The notes beneath the pieces were generated by a model. It saw nothing but the letters and a program-made list of their open reading frames with translations. It made no database searches and was not told the DNA's origin. From contig CBDDIJ010000002.1 of assembly GCA_965228855.1 (NCBI GenBank), positions 512,001 through 576,000 on the forward strand: 64,000 bases of DNA. Reading direction: 5' to 3'. This DNA is from Candidatus Obscuribacterales bacterium (GTDB lineage: Bacteria > Cyanobacteriota > Vampirovibrionia > Obscuribacterales > Obscuribacteraceae). Within the stretch, counting starts at the first letter, position 1. Each line of letters begins with the position of its first letter. A program made the translations under genes and the position numbers. Shown one piece after another: positions 10,185-20,085 of this stretch.

Positions 10185-11135
10185 ATGGCAACGCGTCCTA
10201 AATTCAATTTTCGCCGGTTGATTAGCTTGACAGTGTCGCTGCTCGCCGGGCTCACCGCGCCGTTTTACGGTGCAGTTTCCGATCTCGATTCGCAGGTTGC
10301 AAACGCCAACGCCGCGTTCGCGCGATCTCGCCCACCGGCACTAGCGCCCGATGCAGTCAACATGATTTATGCGCTCTCCGCCCAACCGGAACTGATGAAC
10401 TTGTCGTATTTGCGCTACATGATCGGCGATCCGGAAAATGAAAGATCTCAGATGGCGCTCAAGGCGAAAACGTACTACTGGTATCAAGAGCCGAAGCGCA
10501 TTGCAACTTATTCGCTGCACCAAGACGGTCCTCAGCCCGGAACGGTTACGCGTTCAATCTTCACCATAACGGTCCCCGACTCGCAGCTCACAACCAAAGA
10601 GATGGAGCGATTGTTCGGACAGGAACATAAGCGCGTGTTCGACCACAACTCACATCCGACCGATGTTTACTCGTTCGGTCCGCATACTTACGTTGCATTT
10701 GCTCAGCCTCAGGACACATTCCGGGTGAATAAAATCCACGTTGGATACGAAGGTCCGCCTCTGAAGCCGCCTCCGCAAGAGGCTGTTTATGCCGCATACA
10801 ATTTCGGCAAAAACAAAGCCGTCGGCGCGGCAATGAAGAATGGCGACTGGCGCGAGGCTATCGGCTGGCTACGACGCGACGCGGCTTTGAGACCGAGTGA
10901 CCCATTCGTTCACATTCAACTCGGACAAGCCTATCGAGCCGGTCTGATGATCAATGAGGCGATTTCCGAATATTCACAAGCCGCTAGATGCGGAGCCGGA
11001 AATCCAGAGGTGGAGAAGATTTGCCGAGCAGCGCTTGTTGACATGAAAGTACTTCCTGCACATGCACAACATCGCCAAACCGACCGACGCAGCTACGTCG
11101 CCGGCGGTTCTCTTGGCAGCGCAGCCGGACTTTAG
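10185..11135 (+). CDS. Exported hypothetical protein with C-terminal TPR-like helices
   Basis: N-terminal hydrophobic segment; WREAIGWLRRDAALRPSDPFVHIQLGQAYRAG...EAISEY matches a TPR pattern. Confidence 0.75.
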   Translation: MATRPKFNFRRLISLTVSLLAGLTAPFYGAVSDLDSQVANANAAFARSRPPALAPDAVNMIYALSAQPELMNLSYLRYMIGDPENERSQMALKAKTYYWYQEPKRIATYSLHQDGPQPGTVTRSIFTITVPDSQLTTKEMERLFGQEHKRVFDHNSHPTDVYSFGPHTYVAFAQPQDTFRVNKIHVGYEGPPLKPPPQEAVYAAYNFGKNKAVGAAMKNGDWREAIGWLRRDAALRPSDPFVHIQLGQAYRAGLMINEAISEYSQAARCGAGNPEVEKICRAALVDMKVLPAHAQHRQTDRRSYVAGGSLGSAAGL

Positions 11136-11341
11136 CAGAAAAAGTCATTTGTGACCGTTTTGGTCGAGCGCCATATCCGAACAAGTTTAACCTTCTCGAA
11201 AGCCACGCCGGTCGGTCGGTTTCAGCCCCAGCCAGATTAATTCCGCTTGACATTAACACCTCATATGGTCTAATTACAAAATACACATGGATATGTGTGT
11301 CATTCCGGTCCGAAATCTTACTATCACAGGCGTGCGCATTT

Positions 11342-11830
11342 ATGTCTCTCGGAAACAATCAAGCTTTTGACGGCGGCGTGGGTCGCGGCACATCCGATCG
11401 CACCGTCGATTCCTCGAACTTCATCACCGTGTCCGCACCTACCGAAGCACTCCAGGCAGATGCCTACAAAGGTTTCGGTCACCCGAGCGACAACGGCAAT
11501 GTCAACGTCAAACAATCAGACGGTTTTCTTGCCGGCATGGACCGCGCCATCAACTCCGTTCCGGAAGAAATGGTCGGCGCGCAGCGCGAAATAATCGGCG
11601 GAAAGTCGACCCAGGCGATCTGGGATGCAAATGGGAATGGCAAGGTCGATGTGGACGAATTCAAAGACAACCAGGCAGAAAAAGACCGCAATCATGCCGG
11701 TTTAGCTGCGTTAAACTGGGGCTTCGGTAAAGGCGGGGATGCACCCGGCGACCTGACCAAAGAACAACAAGAGCTGGTCAAGAAACTTGCTGACGAGATG
11801 ATCGCGAAGAACACCACTTCTAACGCCTGA
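11342..11830 (+). CDS. Hypothetical protein with an EF-hand-like Ca-binding loop
   Basis: DANGNGKVDVDEF fits the DxNxNGx(I/V)xxxE loop; start uncertain (11297 or 11342). Confidence 0.65.
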   Translation: MSLGNNQAFDGGVGRGTSDRTVDSSNFITVSAPTEALQADAYKGFGHPSDNGNVNVKQSDGFLAGMDRAINSVPEEMVGAQREIIGGKSTQAIWDANGNGKVDVDEFKDNQAEKDRNHAGLAALNWGFGKGGDAPGDLTKEQQELVKKLADEMIAKNTTSNA

Positions 11831-11935
11831 GCAAGCGAAACGTCGACTTTAAAGATACTCAAGCTGTGGATTTACAGCTTGAAGTGAATCGCATCGGACA
11901 TTTACTCTAAGAGCACTTATTTCAAGGGCTCTCTA

Positions 11936-12967
11936 ATGTCTCTCACATCAAATCTAGCCTCCAGCGGAAGCAAAGCCGTTGTAGTCGTTCACGGCGGTGC
12001 AGGCGCGATTGAACGAGCAAAACTCACAGCGAGTCGAGAAAAGGAAGCCAGAGATAAACTGACCGAAGCATTGAGAGCCGGACACAAGGTTATTTCAGAA
12101 GGCGGTAGCAGTTTAGACGCTGTAGTTGCGGCTGTAAAAGTTCTAGAAGACGCCTCCTGCTATAACGCCGGGCGTGGGTCTTGCCTGAGTCGGTCCGGCA
12201 AAGCAGAGATGGACGCGGCCGTCATGGACGGTTCCAATTTGAGAGCCGGCGCAGTCGCCGGGCTGACCTGCGTAAAGAATCCGGTCATGGCCGCACGCGC
12301 GGTGATGGATCACAGCGATCACGTTCTCCTCGTTGGAGCCGGAGCCAACGCCTTTTCGCGCAAGATTGCCAACCAGGCGGGCCTCAAAATTGTCTCTCAA
12401 GAATACTTCGTAACCGCCCGCGCTGAGCGTAATCTGCAACAGTTTCTTCAGCAAGAAGCGGAAGCCAAAAGACTGGGTATCAAGGGACCATCGGGATTAA
12501 CCACCGGCTCGTCACAGGATGACGATCGGCTTGAGGAGCCGCTCGGCAAGAAATACGGAACGGTAGGTGCGGTTGCAGTCGATAAAAACGGACACATCGC
12601 AGCAGCTACGTCGACCGGGGGCATCGTCGCCAAAAGCCCAGGACGAGTGGGCGATTCGCCGATTGTAGGCGCCGGCACATTCGCGGACGACGAGACCTGC
12701 GCGCTGTCCGCTACCGGCACCGGAGAACATTTCATTCGCGGCTGCGTCGGACACGAAGCCAGCGCGCTAATTAGATACCTTGGAATGACAGTTGCTGAAG
12801 CCGCAGAGCGCATTTTCTCTGTGACACTACCTCGCACCGGCGGCGAAGGAGGCGTAATTTTGATCAATACGAAGGGCGACTTCGCAATGCGCTTCAACAC
12901 GCTTGGAATGTACCGCGGCGTCGTTCTCGAAGACGGCACGATCGAAACCTCCGTCTACGCAAACTAG
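11936..12967 (+). CDS. iaaA: Isoaspartyl peptidase / L-asparaginase (Ntn hydrolase)
   Basis: VVHGGAG, YNAGRG, EMDAAVMDG, GTVGAVA (nucleophilic Thr), GRVGDSP, TGTGE. Confidence 0.93.
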   Translation: MSLTSNLASSGSKAVVVVHGGAGAIERAKLTASREKEARDKLTEALRAGHKVISEGGSSLDAVVAAVKVLEDASCYNAGRGSCLSRSGKAEMDAAVMDGSNLRAGAVAGLTCVKNPVMAARAVMDHSDHVLLVGAGANAFSRKIANQAGLKIVSQEYFVTARAERNLQQFLQQEAEAKRLGIKGPSGLTTGSSQDDDRLEEPLGKKYGTVGAVAVDKNGHIAAATSTGGIVAKSPGRVGDSPIVGAGTFADDETCALSATGTGEHFIRGCVGHEASALIRYLGMTVAEAAERIFSVTLPRTGGEGGVILINTKGDFAMRFNTLGMYRGVVLEDGTIETSVYAN

Positions 12968-12983
12968 ACGGAAACGTTCACCG

Positions 12984-13940
12984 CTACTGACAAACAGCCA
13001 ACATTTTGTTCAAAGACTCTTTGAAGAAACGTTCGTCATCCTCTGAAATTCCCAGGCAAACCTCCTGATTTACCTGACGCGCAAGCTGAGGCAGAACCTG
13101 GATCAAGCGCTCTCCATCCGCAGTTAGCCAAACTAGATGGGAACGCCGATCGCGCTCATCTCGCTCTTTGCGGATCAAAGATCTCTCTTCCATTCTCTCG
13201 AGCACACCGGCAAGGGAACCGCCAATTTGCTCGAGGTAATGCCCGATCTCGGAAACCGGGACGCCATCTTCCTGCCAGAGCCTGCACAGTACGACCCAGT
13301 GACTTGGAGTGACGTTATGCACCTCGATAAGATCAGCGAAGCGTCGCGTCGTGAGCAGCTGCAAGACCTTTAAACGGTAGCCGGGACCTCGGGGTGGAAG
13401 AATGAAGTGAAATTTTTGGGGAACCTCAACGCTTTCATGTGGAAGACAAACCGAGTAGGACGGCTCAAAATTGTAAATCATGCGATCCAAAATTTTTGAG
13501 AAACGCTCCAATTCATCCTCGGAAAGATCTTGCCAGGCATGGTACCAATGGCGGTGCACCAACGCCGGCAGCGAAGCACTGAGGGCGCGTCCCTCGTCGC
13601 TGAGAAACACTCTCCAGATGCGCTTGTCGTTCTTATCCCGCTTGCGCTTCAAAAGCTTGCGCTTCTCCATTCGCGTCAGCAGATCAGAAAGCGTTCCACC
13701 AATGTGCTGCAGCTGGCTTGCAATGTACATGACCGGCAAGCCGTCCTTTTGCCAGAGACAGGAAAGAACAACCCAATGACTGAGCGTGATGTCGAATTCG
13801 CCAAGCGCGTCGTTAAGCCGTTTCGCCATAATCGTCACGACGCGTTTCACGAGATAACCGACTGATTGCCTGGCAAACAGTTCGGAAAATTCTTTTTTGA
13901 TCTCGTCTTTGTCGCGCGTTTTTTCGAGCATGTTGTTCAA
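12984..13940 (-). CDS. Tandem (double-domain) MarR-family transcriptional regulator
   Basis: Two homologous winged-helix repeats: SHWVVLSCLWQKDG...RMEKRKLLKRKRDKNDKR and SHWVVLCRLWQEDG...RMEERSLIRKERDERDRR. Confidence 0.9.
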   Translation of the reverse strand: MNNMLEKTRDKDEIKKEFSELFARQSVGYLVKRVVTIMAKRLNDALGEFDITLSHWVVLSCLWQKDGLPVMYIASQLQHIGGTLSDLLTRMEKRKLLKRKRDKNDKRIWRVFLSDEGRALSASLPALVHRHWYHAWQDLSEDELERFSKILDRMIYNFEPSYSVCLPHESVEVPQKFHFILPPRGPGYRLKVLQLLTTRRFADLIEVHNVTPSHWVVLCRLWQEDGVPVSEIGHYLEQIGGSLAGVLERMEERSLIRKERDERDRRSHLVWLTADGERLIQVLPQLARQVNQEVCLGISEDDERFFKESLNKMLAVCQ

Positions 13941-14016
13941 TCACACCCCGATCACAATCATACATCAGTCCGGCACCAAAATGCCCACCGGTACTAGCAG
14001 ACGATTGCCAAGGTTA

Positions 14017-14053
14017 ATTATGGTTGGCACGAATAGTTCGTATCACCTATAAT
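14017..14053 (+). promoter_or_regulatory. Sigma70-like promoter overlapped by an imperfect palindrome (candidate MarR operator)
   Basis: ttggca (14024) - 18 bp - tataat (14048); dyad attatggt...acgaa-tag-ttcgt...acctataat. Confidence 0.55.
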
Positions 14054-14085
14054 AACAACAAAGGCATACCTGCGGGTCGATTACT

Positions 14086-17000
14086 ATGTGGATCGTACAG
14101 CTGGCGCTTAAACGACCATACACTTTCGTAGTCGTTTCGCTATTCATATGCATCCTCGGATTCGTCAGCATCACAAAAATGCCGACGGACATTTTTCCAA
14201 CGATCAACATGCCGGTAGTTTCAGTTATCTGGAGTTACAACGGGCTTCCGGCTGAACAGATGGAAAACCGCATAACGACTATATGCGAGCGAGCCATTAC
14301 GACAGTCACGAGCGACATCGACCACATCGAATCCTCATCGTTGAACGGCATCTCCGTCATAAAGGTTTATCTGCATCAAAGCGCCGATGTCGGAAGAGCG
14401 GTTGGAACTATTTCCGCCCTGTGCCAGACACTTCTTCGCATTTATCCGCCAGGAACGACGCCACCATTGATTACTTCGTTCAGCGCATCCGACGTCCCCG
14501 TACTTCAGCTGGGCGTCGGAAGCAGAGTGCTGTCGGAGCAAGAACTATTCGATTACGGTTTGAACTTCATTAGAACTGGTCTTTCCGGCGTCCAGGGCGC
14601 GTCTCTTCCGTTGCCATACGGAGGCAAAAGCAGGCAGGTTATGGTCGATCTCGACCCGCACGCGCTGCAATCAAAAGGTCTGTCTGCAACCGACGTCTCT
14701 CTTGCCCTCGCCGGGCAAAACGTCATTCTTCCAAGCGGTCAGGCAAAAATCGGCGCCACTCAATTTCCGGTCCAACTCAACAGCACTCCTGAAACAGTGG
14801 AAGGGTTCAACCACCTTCCGTTGAAACAGATTAATGGAACCACTGTCTATCTCAAAGATGTCGCACACGTCCGCGACGGCTTTGCGGTTCAAACCAATAT
14901 CGTCCACCAGGACGGCAGAAGATCGACGCTGCTGAACGTTTTGAAAAGCGGCAGTGCCTCTACGATCTCGGTGGTTGAACGGGTTCGCAAAGCACTTCCT
15001 CAGGTACTATCCACGGTGCCTAAGTCTTTGAACGTTCAGCTGATCGCCGACCAATCCGTTTTCGTTAAAGCCGCCGTCGACGGTGTTATTCGCGAAGCGG
15101 CAATTGCAGCTTTTCTGACGGCAATGTTGATTCTCGTACTCCTGGGGAGCTGGCGTAGCACCTTCGTGGTCGCAATTTCGATCCCCCTATCAATTCTCGC
15201 ATCGATCATTTGTCTCTCGCTCTGCCATCAGACCTTGAACATCATGACTCTCGGCGGACTGGCTCTGGCCGTGGGTATGCTTGTTGATGACGCTACGGTC
15301 GAAGTGGAAAATATCCACCGCAACATGGCCATGGGCAAGCCTATAACGCAGGCGATCCTCGATGGTGCCGAGCAGATCGCAGCGCCTTCGTTTGTCTCGA
15401 CGCTCGCGATTTGCATCGTGTTCGTCCCCGTTCTAATGCTAACCGAGCCGGCAAAATCGCTGTTCGTGCCGCTCGGCATGGCAGTCGTATTCGCGATGAT
15501 GTTTTCCTACTTCCTCTCACGCACGCTCGTTCCAGTGATGTGTCAGTACCTTCTGAAAGGTCATGAGGAGGAGGATACTGAAACTCACAAAGGCAACATC
15601 TTCACCGCAGTCCATCTGTTTGTAAACTCGATTTTCGATGCCGTTCGAGACAAATACAAAGTCATTCTGGATTTTTTTCTCCTCCGGAAAACACTCACTG
15701 TCATCGCCTTTTTGACCTTCTTCAGTTTGTCGTCGTTTCTAATTCCGGTAATCGGCATGGACTTCTTCCCCAGCGTCGATGCCGGTCAGCTGCGAATGCA
15801 CCTGACGGCGCCTACAGGAACAAGACTGGAGGAAACCGAGAGAATTTTCTTGCAAGTCGAAGACGAAATCAGGAAGATCATCAGCCACGAGGATCTGGCT
15901 ACAATCCTGGATAACATCGGCATTCCCACAAGCGGGATAAACCTGGCTTACGGCGACAATATTACGACCAGTGAGTTCGATGGTGAAATTCTGATTTCGC
16001 TTACTGAGGAACATAAAACTTCCACGTTCGTTTACGCCGACAAAATACGAGCGATGCTAAAGAAAAAATTTCCCGAAGTGAATTGCTTCTTCCAGCCCGC
16101 TGACATCGTGAGCCAGATTTTAAACGCCGGTCTGCCGGCTCCAATCGATATTCAAGTTGCAGGACGCAATAAGAAGGCGAACTACAAGATTGCCCAGCAG
16201 ATTCGCAAAGAAGTCGCTGCAGTGCGCGGATCCGCAGATGTCACTCTTCATCAAATCACCAATGCTCCACAGTTGAACCTGAACGTCGATCGCACCAAAG
16301 CCAATCAACTCGGTTTCTCTCAACGAGATATCGCATCCTCTCTGCTAATCAGCCTGGCCTCCAGTTTTCAAACCGCACCAGGCTTCTGGGTAAATCCGGA
16401 AAACGGAGTCAACTATCCTGTCGCCGTTCAAACGCCTGAGCATCGGATTGGCAGTGTCGACGCGATCATGCAGACTCCAGTCACCAGCCCGACAAGCAAC
16501 TCGCCGCAGCTTCTGATGAACCTGGCGACGGCGCAACAGGGAACAACCGCGACAGTCGTCAATCATTACAAGATTCAACCTGTGTACAACGTGTTCGCAA
16601 ACGTCAACAATCGCGATCTCGGTGGCGTGATGGCTGACGTCGAAAAGATTGTCAAACGCATCGAGCCGGACTTGCCGCGCGGCAGCTCCATTTCCGTTCG
16701 TGGACAAGCTCAGAGCATGACGGCGGCTTTCTACGGATTGCTCAGCGGACTGGTATTCGCGCTATTACTGGTTTACCTGCTTCTCGTAATCAATTTCCAA
16801 TCCTGGACCGATCCATTGATCATTCTCATGGCACTTCCGGGCGCCGCCACAGGCATCTTATGGGCTCTCTACTCAACGCAAACCACCTTCAGCGTCCCCG
16901 CACTCATGGGGGCTATAGTATCGATTGGTGTAGCCTCTGCTAACAGCATATTGCTAGTCACATTTGCCAACGACCAGTTGGCGGAGGGGTATGATGCCAC

Positions 17001-17280
17001 GGAAGCAGCCTCGCAGGCTGGATTCACGCGATTTCGTCCAGTCGTCATGACCGCCAGCGCAATGATAATCGGCATGCTTCCCATGGCACTGGGGTTGGGC
17101 GAAGGCGGCTCGCAAAATGCACCGCTGGGACGCGCCGTGATCGGTGGACTTAGTGTCGCGACAGTGGCGACTCTGCTATTTGTCCCCTGTATTTTTGCAA
17201 TCGTTCGAAGAAACGCAAAGCAACCGATCGTGAGCCACGAGCACGATCTGGCGCCGTCCGGAGGAATCAAGTATGACTGA
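14086..17280 (+). CDS. RND efflux permease (AcrB/CusA superfamily)
   Basis: 1064 aa; GMLVDDATVEVEN, RFRPVVMT and APLGRAVIGG RND motifs. Confidence 0.96.
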   Translation: MWIVQLALKRPYTFVVVSLFICILGFVSITKMPTDIFPTINMPVVSVIWSYNGLPAEQMENRITTICERAITTVTSDIDHIESSSLNGISVIKVYLHQSADVGRAVGTISALCQTLLRIYPPGTTPPLITSFSASDVPVLQLGVGSRVLSEQELFDYGLNFIRTGLSGVQGASLPLPYGGKSRQVMVDLDPHALQSKGLSATDVSLALAGQNVILPSGQAKIGATQFPVQLNSTPETVEGFNHLPLKQINGTTVYLKDVAHVRDGFAVQTNIVHQDGRRSTLLNVLKSGSASTISVVERVRKALPQVLSTVPKSLNVQLIADQSVFVKAAVDGVIREAAIAAFLTAMLILVLLGSWRSTFVVAISIPLSILASIICLSLCHQTLNIMTLGGLALAVGMLVDDATVEVENIHRNMAMGKPITQAILDGAEQIAAPSFVSTLAICIVFVPVLMLTEPAKSLFVPLGMAVVFAMMFSYFLSRTLVPVMCQYLLKGHEEEDTETHKGNIFTAVHLFVNSIFDAVRDKYKVILDFFLLRKTLTVIAFLTFFSLSSFLIPVIGMDFFPSVDAGQLRMHLTAPTGTRLEETERIFLQVEDEIRKIISHEDLATILDNIGIPTSGINLAYGDNITTSEFDGEILISLTEEHKTSTFVYADKIRAMLKKKFPEVNCFFQPADIVSQILNAGLPAPIDIQVAGRNKKANYKIAQQIRKEVAAVRGSADVTLHQITNAPQLNLNVDRTKANQLGFSQRDIASSLLISLASSFQTAPGFWVNPENGVNYPVAVQTPEHRIGSVDAIMQTPVTSPTSNSPQLLMNLATAQQGTTATVVNHYKIQPVYNVFANVNNRDLGGVMADVEKIVKRIEPDLPRGSSISVRGQAQSMTAAFYGLLSGLVFALLLVYLLLVINFQSWTDPLIILMALPGAATGILWALYSTQTTFSVPALMGAIVSIGVASANSILLVTFANDQLAEGYDATEAASQAGFTRFRPVVMTASAMIIGMLPMALGLGEGGSQNAPLGRAVIGGLSVATVATLLFVPCIFAIVRRNAKQPIVSHEHDLAPSGGIKYD

Positions 17281-18721
17281 AGAGCTCAAGAGCCCCGACC
17301 TGGGAGCGCGCGCCTCAAACGTGCAGCCGATTCAAATAGCTCGCTCGGTTCATGCCGTTCATCCCGAAGGCGGTCATCCGGACGCTAAGTTCAAAACCGG
17401 TTCCGGCTCGAAGATTCCGCTTGCCGTCACTGCCTTTCTCGTAGGAGGCGCCGTTGTCTTCGGGGGAATATTCGCAGCCGGTCTCATACCTCGCTTGCAA
17501 CAAAAAGAACAAGCGGCCGCTCTCGCCAAAGAAGAAGCGAAACAGTTGCCATCATATGCGGTGACAACGATAAAACCAGGCAAGAAAATTACGGAGCTCA
17601 CTCTGCCTGCAAACATACAGGCAATCCAAGAATTCAGTATCTACGCCCGCTGCGATGGTTATCTGAAGCAACGATTGGTCGACATCGGCGACCGGGTTAA
17701 AAAAGATCAGCTATTGATGGTGATAGACGCACCGGAACTCGAACAGCAATTGAAGGGCGCGCAGGCTGCGTTGCAACAAGCCAAAGCCCAATTGAAGTCT
17801 GCTGAAGCAGATCTCGCGCAGTCGGTTTCTCTCATAGAAAACAATAAGGCTTCTGTGAAACGGCTACAGGCGGTGTTGACATTTGCAAAGCGAGAACTGC
17901 ATCGTTACGAGGAATTGGCGAACCAGGGAGCCGTGAGTGTCGAGCAACGAGATGAAAAATTAAGGGATCTCGACGCCGACCGCGCATCTGTCGAGGCAGC
18001 CAATGCGGCTGTCGAAGCGGCTCAAGCTCAGGCTTCAGCGAATCGCGAAAAGATCTCAGCAGCAAAAGCGTCAGTAGAGGCGGCTCACGCACAAGTGCGC
18101 GAGATCCAGTCGCTAGCCTCATTCCAGCGCCTGCTAGCACCCTGCGATGGCGTTATCACTGCGAGAAACGTGGATGCCGGAGCTCTGGTCTCCAAAGGCA
18201 GCAGCACGAACAATCAGGCCCTGATGAAGATGGCTCGAACTGACGTGCTGCGTGTGTTCGTATTTATTCCGCAATCGGATTACCAGGGTGTATACGTTGG
18301 GATGCCTGCAAAAATCAAAATCGCCGAGTTGCGAGACAAAACTTTTGAGGGCCGCATCGCACACATCTCAGGAGGCATGGACCCGACCTCCCGAACACTT
18401 CAAACAGAAATTCAGATTCCAAACCAAACCGGCTCACTGCTGCCGGGAATGTACGCGCAAGTCAGCTTATCCGCGGAACGCGAGAATCCACCGTCAATTA
18501 TCCCCGACCAGGCAATCGTTGTTAAACCGGATGGGCAGTTTGTCATCACCGTTTCACGCGACGGAACAGCTCACTATCAGCGGATCAAACTGGGACGAGA
18601 TTTCGGACACGAAAGCGAAGTGCTATCCGGGCTCAAACCTGGAATGGTTATCACGACCGAACCTTCAAATGAAATAATGGAAGGTCAGAAAATTAGCACG
18701 CGCTCCGCAACCGCGGACTAG
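17273..18721 (+). CDS. RND periplasmic adaptor (membrane fusion protein)
   Basis: TM anchor, lipoyl halves (VDIGDRVKKDQLL; APCDGVITARNVDAG), coiled coil, LLPGMY; overlaps the RND stop codon. Confidence 0.93.
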   Translation: MTEELKSPDLGARASNVQPIQIARSVHAVHPEGGHPDAKFKTGSGSKIPLAVTAFLVGGAVVFGGIFAAGLIPRLQQKEQAAALAKEEAKQLPSYAVTTIKPGKKITELTLPANIQAIQEFSIYARCDGYLKQRLVDIGDRVKKDQLLMVIDAPELEQQLKGAQAALQQAKAQLKSAEADLAQSVSLIENNKASVKRLQAVLTFAKRELHRYEELANQGAVSVEQRDEKLRDLDADRASVEAANAAVEAAQAQASANREKISAAKASVEAAHAQVREIQSLASFQRLLAPCDGVITARNVDAGALVSKGSSTNNQALMKMARTDVLRVFVFIPQSDYQGVYVGMPAKIKIAELRDKTFEGRIAHISGGMDPTSRTLQTEIQIPNQTGSLLPGMYAQVSLSAERENPPSIIPDQAIVVKPDGQFVITVSRDGTAHYQRIKLGRDFGHESEVLSGLKPGMVITTEPSNEIMEGQKISTRSATAD

Positions 18722-19015
18722 AAGTAGATTCCATCAGTCTGCACTTTTTTCTCCACCAAATCTACACCAGTTACTCACGCGACGATCACAAGCCTGAAAC
18801 AATATATTGGATATGGTCATCGCTCGCCAAGCCAGCATTGCCCAGCTTCCGCACCTTGCGAACGCGGCGAGCGGTTTACTGCTGGTACTGGATATGGTGC
18901 AACAATTTTGCGCAATTATCGTCGCTAAATCACAAATACGCAATTAGGATGATGCGATCCAAAGTTGCCTTGACCTAATCTTCCTCTGTAACCCGATTTT
19001 TTAGAAACCCGATTC

Positions 19016-20065
19016 ATGAAAATAATAAGTACGGCCACCAGCTTTCCCAACCACTATTACGCACAATCTGAGATTACGACGGCTTTAGGAGATTATTGGC
19101 AGGATGCGCTTAAAAAGCGCGAAGTAATGGAGCGTTTCCATCGCAACGCTGGTGTCGAAGGAAGACACCTGGCAATGCCCGTTTCCGAGTTTCCAAAGGT
19201 GAAGGACTGGGGCGAATCAAACGACATTTTCATTCGGCAGGCAGTTACTCTTGGCGAAAGTGTCATCAACAAGGCTCTTGCGGAAAGGGCAGTACAAGCC
19301 AATCAGATCAGTGCTTTGACATTTGTATCGATAACCGGAATATCAAATCCATCGATTGATGCGAGACTGATGAATCACATCGATTTTCCCTCCAATTTGA
19401 AGCGAACTCCGATATTCGGTCTGGGCTGCGTGGGCGGAGCCGCCGGCATCGCAAGGACCGCCGATTATCTGAAAGCGTATCCGGACCAGATGGCTATTCT
19501 GTTGTCGGTAGAACTTTGCTCATTGACCTGGCAACGCGCCGATCTCACTCCCGCACACGTCATTTCATCTGCCCTCTTCGGCGACGGAGCCGCGGCGGTT
19601 CTAATGTGCGGCGCTGAACTCGATCATGACGGACCAACGGTTATCGATACGCAATCGAACTTCTATCGCGGCACCGAGGATTTGATGGGATGGAACATCA
19701 CTGCCGATGGATTTCGCGTCCTGTTATCGCCCGATGTACCGAAAGTAGTGCTGGAGCACTTGCGAAGCGATGTCGACAAGCTGCTCGGCAAGCACGGATT
19801 AACACGTGCCGATATCGGTCAATGGATTATGCACACCGGAGGACCGAAGGTTCTTGAGGCCACTCAGAAAGCACTCGACCTTCCGCGTGAAGCACTAGAA
19901 GTTTCGTGGCAATGTCTGAGCGACATGGGCAATCTCTCCTCAGCATCTGTGCTTGCGGTGCTCGACCGAATCATACGCACAGCTCGTCCCCCGAAAGGCA
20001 CCTGGAGCGTTATGTCTGCGATGGGCCCGGGCTTTTGCTCAGAGCTGGTTCTGATTAAGTGGTAG
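19016..20065 (+). CDS. Type III polyketide synthase (chalcone/stilbene synthase superfamily)
   Basis: Cys-His-Asn triad: GLGCVGG, MHTGG, MGNLSSAS; also LFGDGAAA and MGPGF. Confidence 0.94.
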   Translation: MKIISTATSFPNHYYAQSEITTALGDYWQDALKKREVMERFHRNAGVEGRHLAMPVSEFPKVKDWGESNDIFIRQAVTLGESVINKALAERAVQANQISALTFVSITGISNPSIDARLMNHIDFPSNLKRTPIFGLGCVGGAAGIARTADYLKAYPDQMAILLSVELCSLTWQRADLTPAHVISSALFGDGAAAVLMCGAELDHDGPTVIDTQSNFYRGTEDLMGWNITADGFRVLLSPDVPKVVLEHLRSDVDKLLGKHGLTRADIGQWIMHTGGPKVLEATQKALDLPREALEVSWQCLSDMGNLSSASVLAVLDRIIRTARPPKGTWSVMSAMGPGFCSELVLIKW

Positions 20066-20085
20066 TTCTTTTCGGTAACTCAAAA

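Noticed and set aside
18734..19015. Possible methyltransferase remnant or leader peptide upstream of the PKS
   Set aside because: I see no ICMT or SAM motif in the frames examined, only short ORFs without an RBS; treated as intergenic.
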